A DNA stretch of 64,000 bases from an uncultured Verrucomicrobiae bacterium (GTDB taxonomy: Bacteria > Verrucomicrobiota > Verrucomicrobiia > Limisphaerales > Palsa-1400): positions 224,001-288,000 of the forward strand of contig CAVXRD010000001.1 in assembly GCA_963764165.1 (NCBI GenBank). The letters are read 5' to 3'. Below the pieces are notes generated by a model. That model made no database searches, had not been told where the DNA came from, and saw nothing but the letters and a program-made list of their open reading frames with translations. Shown in pieces: positions 40,175-50,099 of the stretch (the first letter of the stretch is position 1; each line of letters begins with the position of its first letter). Both the position numbers and the translations under genes were made by a program.

Positions 40175-41869
40175 ATGTTGTTTACACGATTTAGAAAAAT
40201 TGGCCGCGCGGTCGGGCACTTGCAGCGCCTGCGTGTCATCATCAGCGTCTTTCTGCATTACGGCTACGAGGATCTGGCCCGCCGCCTGCCGATTCCAAGC
40301 CCGTGGCATCTCCCCTTGCGCGCCCAGCGCCGGGCGCAGGAGGAAATCGCCCTGCTGACGGGGCCGGAGCGGTTTCGCAAGGCGCTCGAACAACTCGGCC
40401 CGACGTTCATCAAACTCGGGCAATTGCTGTCAACACGAACTCATCTGCTCCCGCGCGATTTCACGCTCGAGCTGGCCAAATTGCATGATAATGTTCCGCC
40501 CGTTTCCTTCGCGCAGGCCGAGGCCGTGATGACAGCGGAATTGAAGCGCCCGCTGGGCGAAGTCTTTCAAAGCATCGAGGAAACGCCGATCGGCTCAGCC
40601 TCGATTGCGCAGGTGCATCGCGCTGTCTTGGTCAACGGAGAAAAGTGCGTGATCAAAGTGCAGCGGCCCGGCATTGAAAAAACGGTGCGCGTCGATCTTG
40701 AGATCATGGCCTATCTGGCGTCGCTCCTGGAAAACCACGTCGAGGGCTGGCGCATTCATCAGCCAAGCGCCGTGGTGGCGGAATTCGCGCGCAGCATGGA
40801 GCAGGAACTGGATTTTCGCGCCGAGGCCGCGCATATCGAGCGCTTCGCGCATCAGTTTGCCGGCGAACTGACGATTTACGTTCCAATGGTGGTCTCGGGT
40901 TCTGTGACGCGGCGGGTATTGACCATGGAATACATCGAGGCGGTGAAGGCTTCGAATTTTGAATTGCTCGTGGCTTCCGGCTTGGACCGCCGCGAGATCG
41001 CCACCCGCATCACGGATCTCGTAATGAAGCAGATTTTCGTCCACGGCTTTTTCCACGCCGATCCGCACCCCGGCAACATTCACATTCTGCCGGGCAACAT
41101 CATTTGCTTTCTGGATTTCGGCATGATGGGTTTTCTCGACCACCAGACGCGCCAGACGTTTGCGCGCTTTGTGCAGGCCATTGGACAGCGCGATGAGACC
41201 GCCGCCGCCGCCGCCCTGCTCCGCCTCGCGCACGCTGAATTAGACCCGCCGCGCATCGGCTTCGAGGCGGACGTGGCTGAATTCATGCACCGCCATTTTT
41301 ACCGGCCGGCGGGTGAAATGGTCTTTGGCCGCCTGATCAATCATTTATTCACATTGACAGAGCGGCATCAATTGACGCTGCCCGCCGACCTCTCCGTCAT
41401 GCTCAAGGCGCTGGGGCTCATGGAGGATTTGGTCTGCCGCCTTGACCCCGGCCACGACATCATCGCGCAAGCCAAGCCGTTCATGCGCGAGGTTTTGTTC
41501 CGGCAGGTCGGGCCAAAACGGCTGATGCGTTCATGGCTGGAATTTGGCAGCGAGGCCATGAGTCTGGCGCAAGATTTGCCGCTGGAACTTCGCCGGTTGA
41601 TGTCGATTTTCAAAGACGGCCGCGGGCGCCTTCATATACACCATCAGGGCCTGGAGGGGCTGATGAACACACTTGAGCGCATCGTGAACCGCCTCGCGTT
41701 CGCGCTGGTGCTGGCGTCGCTGATTATTTCCTCGTCCGTCATTGTCCACGCGCGCGTCCCTCCGCTTTTGGGCCATCAGGTTTCCGCAATAGGCGTGGTG
41801 GGATACCTGGTGGCTGGCGTGATGGGATTCTGGCTGCTGATAGCCATGCTTCGCCACGGGAAGATGTAG
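40175..41869 (+). CDS. AarF/ABC1/UbiB family kinase
   Basis: LGPTFIKLGQ, SASIAQVH, IKVQRP, FHADPHPGN, LDFGM. Confidence 0.92.
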   Translation: MLFTRFRKIGRAVGHLQRLRVIISVFLHYGYEDLARRLPIPSPWHLPLRAQRRAQEEIALLTGPERFRKALEQLGPTFIKLGQLLSTRTHLLPRDFTLELAKLHDNVPPVSFAQAEAVMTAELKRPLGEVFQSIEETPIGSASIAQVHRAVLVNGEKCVIKVQRPGIEKTVRVDLEIMAYLASLLENHVEGWRIHQPSAVVAEFARSMEQELDFRAEAAHIERFAHQFAGELTIYVPMVVSGSVTRRVLTMEYIEAVKASNFELLVASGLDRREIATRITDLVMKQIFVHGFFHADPHPGNIHILPGNIICFLDFGMMGFLDHQTRQTFARFVQAIGQRDETAAAAALLRLAHAELDPPRIGFEADVAEFMHRHFYRPAGEMVFGRLINHLFTLTERHQLTLPADLSVMLKALGLMEDLVCRLDPGHDIIAQAKPFMREVLFRQVGPKRLMRSWLEFGSEAMSLAQDLPLELRRLMSIFKDGRGRLHIHHQGLEGLMNTLERIVNRLAFALVLASLIISSSVIVHARVPPLLGHQVSAIGVVGYLVAGVMGFWLLIAMLRHGKM

Positions 41870-41895
41870 GAGCGGTTATGACACGAACCCAACTT

Positions 41896-42057
41896 CGCAG
41901 TTGGGTTGGGGACCGCGACCGTCCCGGTCGCTCTGGCCGGCGTCTCGCCGGCCAGTCCTCCGCGACGAGGGGACATCACCGATTAGCGAGAAGCTGGACG
42001 ACGGAGGAATTTAGGCCATACGCCTAAAACGGCGGTCGGGACGACCGCGCTCCCCAT
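41896..42057. repeat. REPIN-like inverted repeat, second family
   Basis: GGGGACCGCGACCGTCCCGGTCGC...GCGGTCGGGACGACCGCGCTCCCC. Confidence 0.7.
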
Positions 42058-42169
42058 ATGCAATCCGGACGGCGAAAACACCCCATTTTCAAATAGTCGC
42101 AGAAAAGCAAATTCGGGTTTGACACTTGTGCGGTGCAATCTTAGGTTTGTGGCGGTAGACAATAAAATT

Positions 42170-42625
42170 ATGGCAGACAATATTCCCACTCCTGGAGGCG
42201 CAGTTCCGCCGAAGCCGGCCGAGGCCGCTAAGGTTCAACCGAAAAAGGAAACTGTCCGCATCAATTTGCCCCCGAAACCAACGTCGGCCCCGACGATCAA
42301 GCTGCCGACGCTGGCTCCCGGCGCTCCGCCGCCCAGCGCTGCGCCCGTTGCGGTGCCCGCCGCGCCGCGCCCTGTAGCCGCCGCTCCTGTCGCCGCGGTG
42401 GCCGCGGCCCCAGCGGCTGCCGCCCCACGCGTGGCCAGCGCCGCGCCCGCCAGTTCCGCCAAACCGGCTCCGGCTGCCGCTGCCCCGCGCCCCGTGGCCG
42501 CGCCCGTCGTCCGTGGCGTGAGTGGATTGGATATTGGCTTGGGCATCGCCGCCTGCGTTTGCAGCCTCGCCGCGCTGGGAAGCGTGATTTATCTGGTGTG
42601 GATTTTGAAGGATACCACCGCTTAA
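42170..42625 (+). CDS. Pro/Ala-rich protein with C-terminal TM
   Basis: KVQPKKETVRINLPPKP followed by a low-complexity linker. Confidence 0.7.
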   Translation: MADNIPTPGGAVPPKPAEAAKVQPKKETVRINLPPKPTSAPTIKLPTLAPGAPPPSAAPVAVPAAPRPVAAAPVAAVAAAPAAAAPRVASAAPASSAKPAPAAAAPRPVAAPVVRGVSGLDIGLGIAACVCSLAALGSVIYLVWILKDTTA

Positions 42626-42684
42626 GCTGGAACTGAGCGGCACGGGATTTGCCATTTTATTAACCAACAAACCAACAACGTTAT

Positions 42685-43014
42685 ATGACCGCGGAAAATA
42701 CTCTTAAGCTGACCCAGGCGAACTTCGCCGAGCAAGTCCTCAACGTGCCCGGTCCTGTCGTGGTGGATTTTTGGGCTGAATGGTGCGGGCCCTGCAAAAT
42801 GATCGCGCCGCTGGTGGAGGAAATCTCCGGCGAATACGACGGCCGCGTCCGCGTTGGCAAAGTCAATATCGATGAGGAGCAGGCGCTGGCCACGCAATAC
42901 GGCGTGCGCGCCATCCCGACGCTGCTGATTTTCAAGGCCGGCGAAGTCGAGGGCCAGATCGTCGGAATGTGCTCAAAGCGCGACCTCAAAGCGAGCATCG
43001 ACCGCCTGCTCTGA
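42685..43014 (+). CDS. trxA: Thioredoxin
   Basis: [12 protein letters not shown]. Confidence 0.95.
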   Translation: MTAENTLKLTQANFAEQVLNVPGPVVVDFWAEWCGPCKMIAPLVEEISGEYDGRVRVGKVNIDEEQALATQYGVRAIPTLLIFKAGEVEGQIVGMCSKRDLKASIDRLL

Positions 43015-43056
43015 GCCACTTCCGGTTTTGCCGGGAGCCAGGCTTGGCGGGATGCT

Positions 43057-44055
43057 ATGCCGCAGATTAATACCCCTCGCACGTTAGAGCGCAGGGGCGA
43101 GCTTTTTCGTCAAATAGGCACCTTTCTGGCGGCGGGCATGACGATCAGGCAGGGGCTCGAGCATCTCAAGCGCAATCCTCCCAGCTATGCGCTGCGCCAG
43201 AAAATTTCCCAGTGGCTGGAATACCTTGAGAGGGGACTGACCGTCACCGACTCCGTCCGCGCGCTCGGTTCGTGGACGTCCGATTTTGATCTCGCATTGA
43301 TTGAAGCCGGGGAGAAAAGCGGACGGCTTGATGCCGCTTTTAAGATGCTCGCGCTGCATTACGAGGAACAGGCGCGGCTGATCAAACAAATCATCTCGGA
43401 TTTGCTATACCCGCTGTTTGTTTTTCATTTCGCGATTGTGCTGTTTCCGTTCATCAGCTTTCTGCAAACGGGCAATGTGTTTAAGTTCGTTACCTCTGTC
43501 TTGCTGGTGCTTGGGCCATTGTATGTGGCGGTTTACTGTCTGATTTTGGCCTGCCAGGGCCGGCATGGCGAAGCTTGGCGGGCGCGGCTGGAAGACATTC
43601 TGCGAATCGTGCCCGTTCTCGGCACGGCGCGAAAGGACCTCGCCATCGCGCGATTGTCGAGCGCGCTGGAAGCCTTGCTGAATGCGGGCGTGCCGATTGT
43701 TGGCGCATGGGAACTGGCTGCCACCGCCAGCGGATCGCCCGCGCTCAAACGCATTGTCCAAACGTGGCGGCCGCGCATCGACAATGGCTTCACTCCGGCG
43801 GGATTGATTTCCGAATCGCCGGAATTTCCCACCGTCTTTCACAATCTTTACCACACCGGCGAAATCAGCGGGCAGCTTGACCAGGTGTTGAAGCGGCTGC
43901 ACGAGATGTACCTCGAAGAAGGCACCCGCCGGATGCGGCTTGTTTCGCGCTGGGGCCCGCAAATTCTCTATTTCGGCGTGGCGATTTATGTTGGATTCAA
44001 AGTAATTTCCTACTACATCGGTTACTTCAACATGATCGATCAAATCTCCAAGTAA
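43057..44055 (+). CDS. Type II secretion system F / PilC family protein
   Basis: Two repeats, AGEKSGRLD and TGEISGQLD. Confidence 0.88.
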   Translation: MPQINTPRTLERRGELFRQIGTFLAAGMTIRQGLEHLKRNPPSYALRQKISQWLEYLERGLTVTDSVRALGSWTSDFDLALIEAGEKSGRLDAAFKMLALHYEEQARLIKQIISDLLYPLFVFHFAIVLFPFISFLQTGNVFKFVTSVLLVLGPLYVAVYCLILACQGRHGEAWRARLEDILRIVPVLGTARKDLAIARLSSALEALLNAGVPIVGAWELAATASGSPALKRIVQTWRPRIDNGFTPAGLISESPEFPTVFHNLYHTGEISGQLDQVLKRLHEMYLEEGTRRMRLVSRWGPQILYFGVAIYVGFKVISYYIGYFNMIDQISK

Positions 44056-44075
44056 TCTCGTTTATTCTATTTGAC

Positions 44076-45242
44076 ATGACGGTTTCCGAAATCCTCACCA
44101 ACGAAGAATTGCGCCGGCACGAATTTCCCGTGGCCGGCGAACGAATTTTCATGGCCCATGCCGCCGTCTGCCCCCTGCCCCGGCGGGTGGCGCACGCCGT
44201 TTCCCAGCACTGCGAGGGCGCGATGCTTGACGATCAGGAGGGGCTGAATCCGGCGGCCCCGCTCAAGCGCGCCCGCGAAGCCGCCGCCCGACTCATCCAC
44301 GCCAAGCCCGAGGAAATCGCGCTGGTCGGACCGACGTCGCTGGCGCTGAGTTTCATCGCCGCCGGATTGCCGTGGCGCAAGGGCGATAACATGCTCGTCT
44401 ATTTCGACGATTATCCCTCGAATGTTTATCCGTGGATGGCATTGGCGGAGCGCGGCGTGCAGGTGCGTTTTCTCAACATTCGCGATTACGGGCGCATCCG
44501 CACAGTGGACGTTCTCGGGCAGGTGGATGAGCAGACGAAATTGGTGGCGCTGGCGTCGAACCATTTCATTTCCGGCTGGCGCACAGAAATCGACGCCATT
44601 GGAAAACAATTGCGCGAGCGGAATATCTTGTTTTGCGTGGACGCCATTCAAACGCTGGGCGCCTTTCCGACCACGGTTGAAAACGTCGATTTCCTGGCCG
44701 CCGACGCGCACAAATGGATGCTCGGCCCGTGCGGCGCGGGAATCATGTATGTCCGGCAATCGATCCAGGAGAAGTTGCGCCCCATCGTGCATGGCTGGCA
44801 CAACGTGCGCTGCCCCGACTTTGTTTCGCAGGAGCGCCTCGAATTTCAACGTGACGCGCGCCGCTACGAAGCCGGCTCAGCCAGCCTCGTGGGCGTGGCC
44901 GGTCTGACCGCGTGCATGGAATTGCTACTGGAAGTCGGCGTGGAAAACATCGCCGCCGAATTGCTGCGCAAACGCGCGCTCCTCGTGCCAGCACTGCGCG
45001 CCCAAGGCTGGACAATCCTGCACGGCGACTCCCCCGCCGCCAACCAAAGTGGCATCCTTAGTCTTTACAAACAAGACGCGAGCATGGTGGAAATCCGCCA
45101 GAAGCTTCTAGTGGAGAAAATCCAAACCTCACTGCGAACCGACCGCGAAAATCGGCAATACCTCCGGCTGTCTCCGCATTTCTATAACACGGATGCCGAG
45201 TTGCATCGGTTCTTGGATACTCTGGAGAAGACAAAGGGATAG
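44076..45242 (+). CDS. Class V PLP-dependent aminotransferase (cysteine desulfurase-like)
   Basis: VDAIQTLG, DAHKWMLGP, RLSPHFYN. Confidence 0.9.
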   Translation: MTVSEILTNEELRRHEFPVAGERIFMAHAAVCPLPRRVAHAVSQHCEGAMLDDQEGLNPAAPLKRAREAAARLIHAKPEEIALVGPTSLALSFIAAGLPWRKGDNMLVYFDDYPSNVYPWMALAERGVQVRFLNIRDYGRIRTVDVLGQVDEQTKLVALASNHFISGWRTEIDAIGKQLRERNILFCVDAIQTLGAFPTTVENVDFLAADAHKWMLGPCGAGIMYVRQSIQEKLRPIVHGWHNVRCPDFVSQERLEFQRDARRYEAGSASLVGVAGLTACMELLLEVGVENIAAELLRKRALLVPALRAQGWTILHGDSPAANQSGILSLYKQDASMVEIRQKLLVEKIQTSLRTDRENRQYLRLSPHFYNTDAELHRFLDTLEKTKG

Positions 45243-45264
45243 CGCCTGTCGGCAGGCACATTTC

Positions 45265-45510
45265 TCATCTCGGCCGGCCGCTGGGTCGATCATCGCCGTA
45301 ATCTCCACCCTTCGCGTCAAAAATTCCCCATTCTTGCCTTTGATCAGGCGGGAAAGGCGAGGTGTAAGTCGGATTCATCTGCTTCCATTGCCAATCCGAT
45401 TCTGCCCGCTCATTCGCGCAACCACCGCAGATGCATCCGCCCAAAACGGCACCAAGTGCGAAATATAGCCACGCAAGTCTCGTTGAAAAGATGCTATGTA
45501 TGCGGCGCAT
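45265..45510 (-). CDS. Small putative lipoprotein
   Basis: Hydrophobic leader followed by GGC. Confidence 0.45.
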   Translation of the reverse strand: MRRIHSIFSTRLAWLYFALGAVLGGCICGGCANERAESDWQWKQMNPTYTSPFPPDQRQEWGIFDAKGGDYGDDRPSGRPR

Positions 45511-45632
45511 TCAAGAAAAATGCTTCCATCCGCAAGCCTTGTCAAATGATTTGAGAAACAGCCCATCGGATTTGCATTACTCATGATATGGGTGGATAGA
45601 TAGGCCAGGCAAACGGCAACGCAAGACGACAT

Positions 45633-45815
45633 ATGAAAGCATTTGCACTCCAGTATCCGCCGTGCCCCAAATGCCGCGCGCAAGCCACGCGCTTTGATTG
45701 GGGACTCGCTTCAAATTATTGGCGTGTTCCCATCGCGCTGGTTACGGGCTTCCTGTTGGTTCCTGTCGGAAGTGCGGGCCTTGTGTGCAATCGTTGCGGG
45801 AAAAAGTTTCATTAG
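45633..45815 (+). CDS. Small zinc-ribbon membrane protein
   Basis: CPKC...TM...CNRCGKKF. Confidence 0.6.
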   Translation: MKAFALQYPPCPKCRAQATRFDWGLASNYWRVPIALVTGFLLVPVGSAGLVCNRCGKKFH

Positions 45816-45859
45816 CCCTGTGAATGTGGGTCGGCGATGCAGTAGGAAAGTGAGTATGT

Positions 45860-46372
45860 TCACGGCCTAAGCATCATTCCGTTGTCAAAAGCCGTCCGGA
45901 AAACTCTCACTAGAAAAGGCTGCGCGAATTCATTCAATTGCCTTCGATGCAATTCATATTCCTCGTCCCAGAAAAAGTCCTCGCACGGCTCCTGCGTGCT
46001 TCTAATTTCGAGTTTCGCGAGAAGATGGCCTTTCGGCTTGTCGTTGGGACTGCCCTCGTAGCTGAGATGATACGCGGAAAGTCTTGCGCTGATCTTCAAG
46101 TATGGAAAGACGAGATGCTCCGCTGAATCGGAGTGCATCGGCGATTGGGCTTTGGCTTCTATCTCCACGCAAAACAGGATTTCGTAACCATGGTAGCAAA
46201 CTTTCATGGTTCCCTTTGACGATCCGTCTTTTAGCTCGATAAAGCACTGATTGAATTCCGACGACGCGATCGCTTTCCTTAATTCCGAGATGGCTTGCGC
46301 TCCGAAATCCGCGACGCGTTGCACTCTCCGGTTGCGGTCCAATACGAGTTTATTCTGTTCTTCGAATGTCAT
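45860..46372 (-). CDS. Hypothetical protein
   Basis: 170-aa ORF with ATG start and globular composition. Confidence 0.55.
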   Translation of the reverse strand: MTFEEQNKLVLDRNRRVQRVADFGAQAISELRKAIASSEFNQCFIELKDGSSKGTMKVCYHGYEILFCVEIEAKAQSPMHSDSAEHLVFPYLKISARLSAYHLSYEGSPNDKPKGHLLAKLEIRSTQEPCEDFFWDEEYELHRRQLNEFAQPFLVRVFRTAFDNGMMLRP

Positions 46373-46454
46373 AAGAATGATCCCACCAGTTTCATCGCGT
46401 GCGGCATGTTAAGCCCGATTGCGTTCCGATCAACTCACTTTTCCGCCGCAGAAC

Positions 46455-46532
46455 GTAGAGATGCCTCGCCCAGACTTCCGCCTGCGCGTGAATGACGCTT
46501 CACCGCGGACGCCTCGGCAAGGTGTCCCTACC
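46455..46532. repeat. Degenerate REP doublet
   Basis: GTAGAGATGCCTCGCC...GGACGCCTCGGCAAGGTGTCCCTACC. Confidence 0.65.
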
Positions 46533-46582
46533 ATTAATGACGTTTATACAAATCCGAATGCGCCCGGTGTCTCTACTGATGG

Positions 46583-48064
46583 ATGGCAGATGCAATAGCG
46601 GCAAATGAAGGAGAATTGGACTCTGTGGCGGAGGACCTGCCAATTCTTTCGCCATTCTATCGACGGGTCGATTGGTGGACGTTTTCAGCAACGGCCCTTG
46701 TGGCGGTCATGGTCTATTTGCTGACGCTTGCGCCCGAGGTAACGTTGGAACAATCGGGACAGTACGTTACCGCTTCCATGTGGGCGGCTGTGCCGAATCC
46801 ACCCGGGCATCCGTTCTGGACCATTGTGACGTGGTTTTTCGTGAAGCTTATTCCGTTCTCCAATGCCGCCTATCGCGTTGCCCTGGCTTCCGCGGTGGCC
46901 TCGGCGCTGGCTTGCGGCATCGTTGCGATGATGGTGTCGCGCGGAAGCTCCTTGATGATCGAGTCGGCGGAGGATTTCAAAGGCATTGATCCGCGGCGTC
47001 TCAGTGCAATTTGCTCTGTGTCGGGTGTCAGCGCGGGGCTTATGATGGGCTTCACCGGTGTTATTTGGAGCCAGGCGGTGGTCGTGCAGACATACGCCCT
47101 GAGTGTGTTGCTTCTGGCATCGGCACTGGCACTGACGCTGCGTTGGATTTACTCACCGCAAAGGCGGCGGTATATCTATTTGACTGCGATGCTTTTCGGA
47201 CTCTGCATCACAAGCCATCAATTGATGATTGTCGCCATGGGGCTTGAGGTGGCGATTATCGCCGGCGACCTCAAATTGGGCCGGGATATTCTGGGATTTA
47301 ATTGCCTTTGCTGGTTCGCAGGCGCCTGCGATAAATGGAGTCATCTTATCGGTATTTTTGATGGAACCAACCCCTTCCTCTCCGTCCTATTTCACATGAT
47401 TGGCGGACTATCGCTTCTAGGATTTGCCGCGTTGATTTTCATAACGCGCGGCTTTTTCACTGAGTGGAAATCTGTTCTGATCATGGTGGCACTGTGGTTC
47501 GCGGGAGCGGCGTTCTATTTCTATCCAGCGCTGGCATCGATGACGAATCCGCCGATTAATTGGGGCTATCCGCGCACGGTGCAGGGCTTTTGGCACGTCC
47601 TCATGCGCGGGCAATATGACAGGATGAATCCCATCGATTTTATTCACGAACCGGCCGCCCTGCTTCAGGCGTGTCATCAGTATCTGGGTTGGCTTGCAAG
47701 CGAGTTTCCTGCGGTTTGCCTCCCGGCGGCCCTTGGTCCGTTTTTATTTTTGCCCAAGATGCGAAAGCGCGAGCGAGGTTGGTTGATTGGGCTGGGCAGC
47801 GTGTTTTTTTGTTTGTCCGTGCTGACGTTGGATTTGCTCCGCCCCTCGCGCGACCGCCAGACCGATTCGCTTGTGCAGCCATTCTTCGGTCCATCCTACG
47901 CCCTTGTCGCGCTGTTGATGGGCTGCGGGTTTGCCTTGGCGGCGGCGTGGATGGAATCGCGACCGGCAGGCAACAGCCCGCGTCAAACAGCCCCTGACAA
48001 TCCACCGCCAATCCATTCACTGCCGCACAACCCACCGGTTATCCGTCCATCGGCATTTCACTGA
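46583..48064 (+). CDS. DUF2723 (TMEM260-like GT-C) membrane protein
   Basis: YLLTLAPEVTLEQSG...VPNPPGHP, WSQAVV, PPINWG. Confidence 0.82.
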   Translation: MADAIAANEGELDSVAEDLPILSPFYRRVDWWTFSATALVAVMVYLLTLAPEVTLEQSGQYVTASMWAAVPNPPGHPFWTIVTWFFVKLIPFSNAAYRVALASAVASALACGIVAMMVSRGSSLMIESAEDFKGIDPRRLSAICSVSGVSAGLMMGFTGVIWSQAVVVQTYALSVLLLASALALTLRWIYSPQRRRYIYLTAMLFGLCITSHQLMIVAMGLEVAIIAGDLKLGRDILGFNCLCWFAGACDKWSHLIGIFDGTNPFLSVLFHMIGGLSLLGFAALIFITRGFFTEWKSVLIMVALWFAGAAFYFYPALASMTNPPINWGYPRTVQGFWHVLMRGQYDRMNPIDFIHEPAALLQACHQYLGWLASEFPAVCLPAALGPFLFLPKMRKRERGWLIGLGSVFFCLSVLTLDLLRPSRDRQTDSLVQPFFGPSYALVALLMGCGFALAAAWMESRPAGNSPRQTAPDNPPPIHSLPHNPPVIRPSAFH

Positions 48065-49846
48065 GGCCCCATTTGTCAATACTACTGTATCGCCGGTCGA
48101 ATATCTCAGGGAGGACAGGCCAATTGTCACCGGAACCGCTTGCATGTTCGTCACTCCCATGACTGCGCCGGCAGGAATTTGCCACGGATGCGAGTCGTCC
48201 AACACCCAGGTGGAATTTGTCCGCGAGGCGCTGATGAATTGCCGCAAGCCCCAGGCATAGCTGATCGAATTGCTCCTGCCGTCGTAATCGAAATAATTGT
48301 GCGGCGGAAACTGGTTGGAGGGATCGTCCAGGTAAAATTGCCCGCGCAGAAGCGTGCTGTTCAATCCGTCGCGCATGTTATCAGCCACGTTGTTCTTGAA
48401 TAGGACGTTTGTCCCCCAGCCGTAGCCGTAAGCAAATCCGCTCCCGCCGGAAACCGCCATGCGGGAGGTGTTATTGCTGATGGTGGCGTTGTAAAGCGCG
48501 TTCTTTCCGGTGCCCTCCACCTGGAGCAAGTAATAAACATTGGAGGAAATATTATCCGCGATGTTGATGTTCTTGTTGGCCGCAGTGCCCTGGTAACCCG
48601 CCGTTCCTATGGCAATCGCCGTTCCCGATCCATTGCCGACGAAACTATTGCTGATGATGTCCACATTCTGGGCGGGTGAGATTTGAATGCCATTCCCGCT
48701 GTTCATCATGTGGAAGACGTTGTTCCGAATCGTGTACTCAGGGTTTGGGCTTCCTGTCTCGGCGCCATTCAACGCATAAAGCGCCTGCACGATGTTCGTC
48801 GCGAAATTATTGCTGAACGCCGACGGCAAGGAAGCATAAGCCTCGTAGAACTCGGCGATTTGCACGAGGTTCGAAAATTGGCAATAAGAGATTGTGTGGG
48901 GAAAGGTCAGATTGAATGCTGTGGCGTTGCCGTTGAAAAAAGAGCAATGAGTGATGAGCGCATAGCCGTTGCCATTGGCGTTGATGCTCTTGAGCATTTC
49001 GCCGCGCCAATTCTTGACAATGCAATTGGTGAAAACGAGCGGGCAAAACTTGCCGTCGCCCGTGATGATGACGGCGTCATGCGTTTCGTCCCAGCCGGTG
49101 CCGTCTTTGGTCGAAGCTGGGAAATAAAGGTGGGCGCTCAATCCCGGCCTCGCGCCGCCATCCATGGTCAGCGACTCAAAAACCAAAGGCTCCGAGGGTG
49201 TGGAAATCGGGCCGTGAATGTCAAACATAAATCCCCGATAGGCAAACCGGCCCTTGAGCTGCCACGCGCCGCAGCCGGAGAGAATCGTGGAGCCGTCCGG
49301 CGCGCCAATAAGGCGGATCCCTCCTCGCTTGAAGGTAACAGCCGGATGCGTAACACCTTCGTTGGCCATTTTGAAATTGGCCGCCGCCTCCGGGGAAATC
49401 AGCAGAAAATTGCCGCCCGGGATTCGAATCGTCGTGTCTTTGCCACGGGCGGCGTCAATGCAGTGCTGGAAGGCGCTTGCGTTGTTATGCCCGCAGATCG
49501 CCAAGAGACCCGAACCGTCAGCCCCGCACGCCTGCGACAGCACGGCATTCGTTCCGTCGAGGCGAACGATTGCGGCGACGAGATCGGAATGGTTCGTGGG
49601 CGAAGTGCGGGGGCCCCCGCCAAAAATCTCGACCCATTTTCCAATGTCAGCGCTGGAGAAGGCGCGCCCTGCCCGGCTCACGATGGGAGAATTGCGGGTG
49701 GTGCTAACACCCATTTCAGCAGCATCGCCAACGGCTCCGTAATCGGCCATGGAAAGAACTGTTTGCGCGGAAAGGGTGTGATTCAACGCCGCGCAAACAA
49801 AGGCCATCAAAACCCAAAATCGCCCGTTGCTCGTGTGGTGTTTCAC
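48017..49846 (-). CDS. Secreted pectin-lyase-fold (beta-helix) protein
   Basis: Signal peptide, DYGAVGD, AFQHCID...IPGGNF, Asn-rich coils. Confidence 0.75.
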   Translation of the reverse strand: MKHHTSNGRFWVLMAFVCAALNHTLSAQTVLSMADYGAVGDAAEMGVSTTRNSPIVSRAGRAFSSADIGKWVEIFGGGPRTSPTNHSDLVAAIVRLDGTNAVLSQACGADGSGLLAICGHNNASAFQHCIDAARGKDTTIRIPGGNFLLISPEAAANFKMANEGVTHPAVTFKRGGIRLIGAPDGSTILSGCGAWQLKGRFAYRGFMFDIHGPISTPSEPLVFESLTMDGGARPGLSAHLYFPASTKDGTGWDETHDAVIITGDGKFCPLVFTNCIVKNWRGEMLKSINANGNGYALITHCSFFNGNATAFNLTFPHTISYCQFSNLVQIAEFYEAYASLPSAFSNNFATNIVQALYALNGAETGSPNPEYTIRNNVFHMMNSGNGIQISPAQNVDIISNSFVGNGSGTAIAIGTAGYQGTAANKNINIADNISSNVYYLLQVEGTGKNALYNATISNNTSRMAVSGGSGFAYGYGWGTNVLFKNNVADNMRDGLNSTLLRGQFYLDDPSNQFPPHNYFDYDGRSNSISYAWGLRQFISASRTNSTWVLDDSHPWQIPAGAVMGVTNMQAVPVTIGLSSLRYSTGDTVVLTNGASVKCRWTDNRWVVRQ

Positions 49847-49915
49847 AAATTCGTTGGATTGTTGCGCTCAAACCGCCCCACGGCAAGGCAGGACACGAGC
49901 AAGACTTGAAAATTA

Positions 49916-50004
49916 AACAGGAGGAAAACCGAGAGCGCAGAGAAGAATGTCATTTTTCCAAAGATAATTTTTCCCATCTCCGCGCCCTCGGTCTTCCTCC
50001 TGTT
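49916..50004. repeat. 28-bp inverted repeat
   Basis: AACAGGAGGAAAACCGAGAGCGCAGAGA / TCTCCGCGCCCTCGGTCTTCCTCCTGTT with 3 mismatches. Confidence 0.7.
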
Positions 50005-50099
50005 CAAAATTTTTTGTTTCAAAATGAGCCAATTGCCCCCTCTTGCCATTTGCTCAATGTCGAATAAAATGGCGCTCCAATTCGTCAATAATCCGCCCA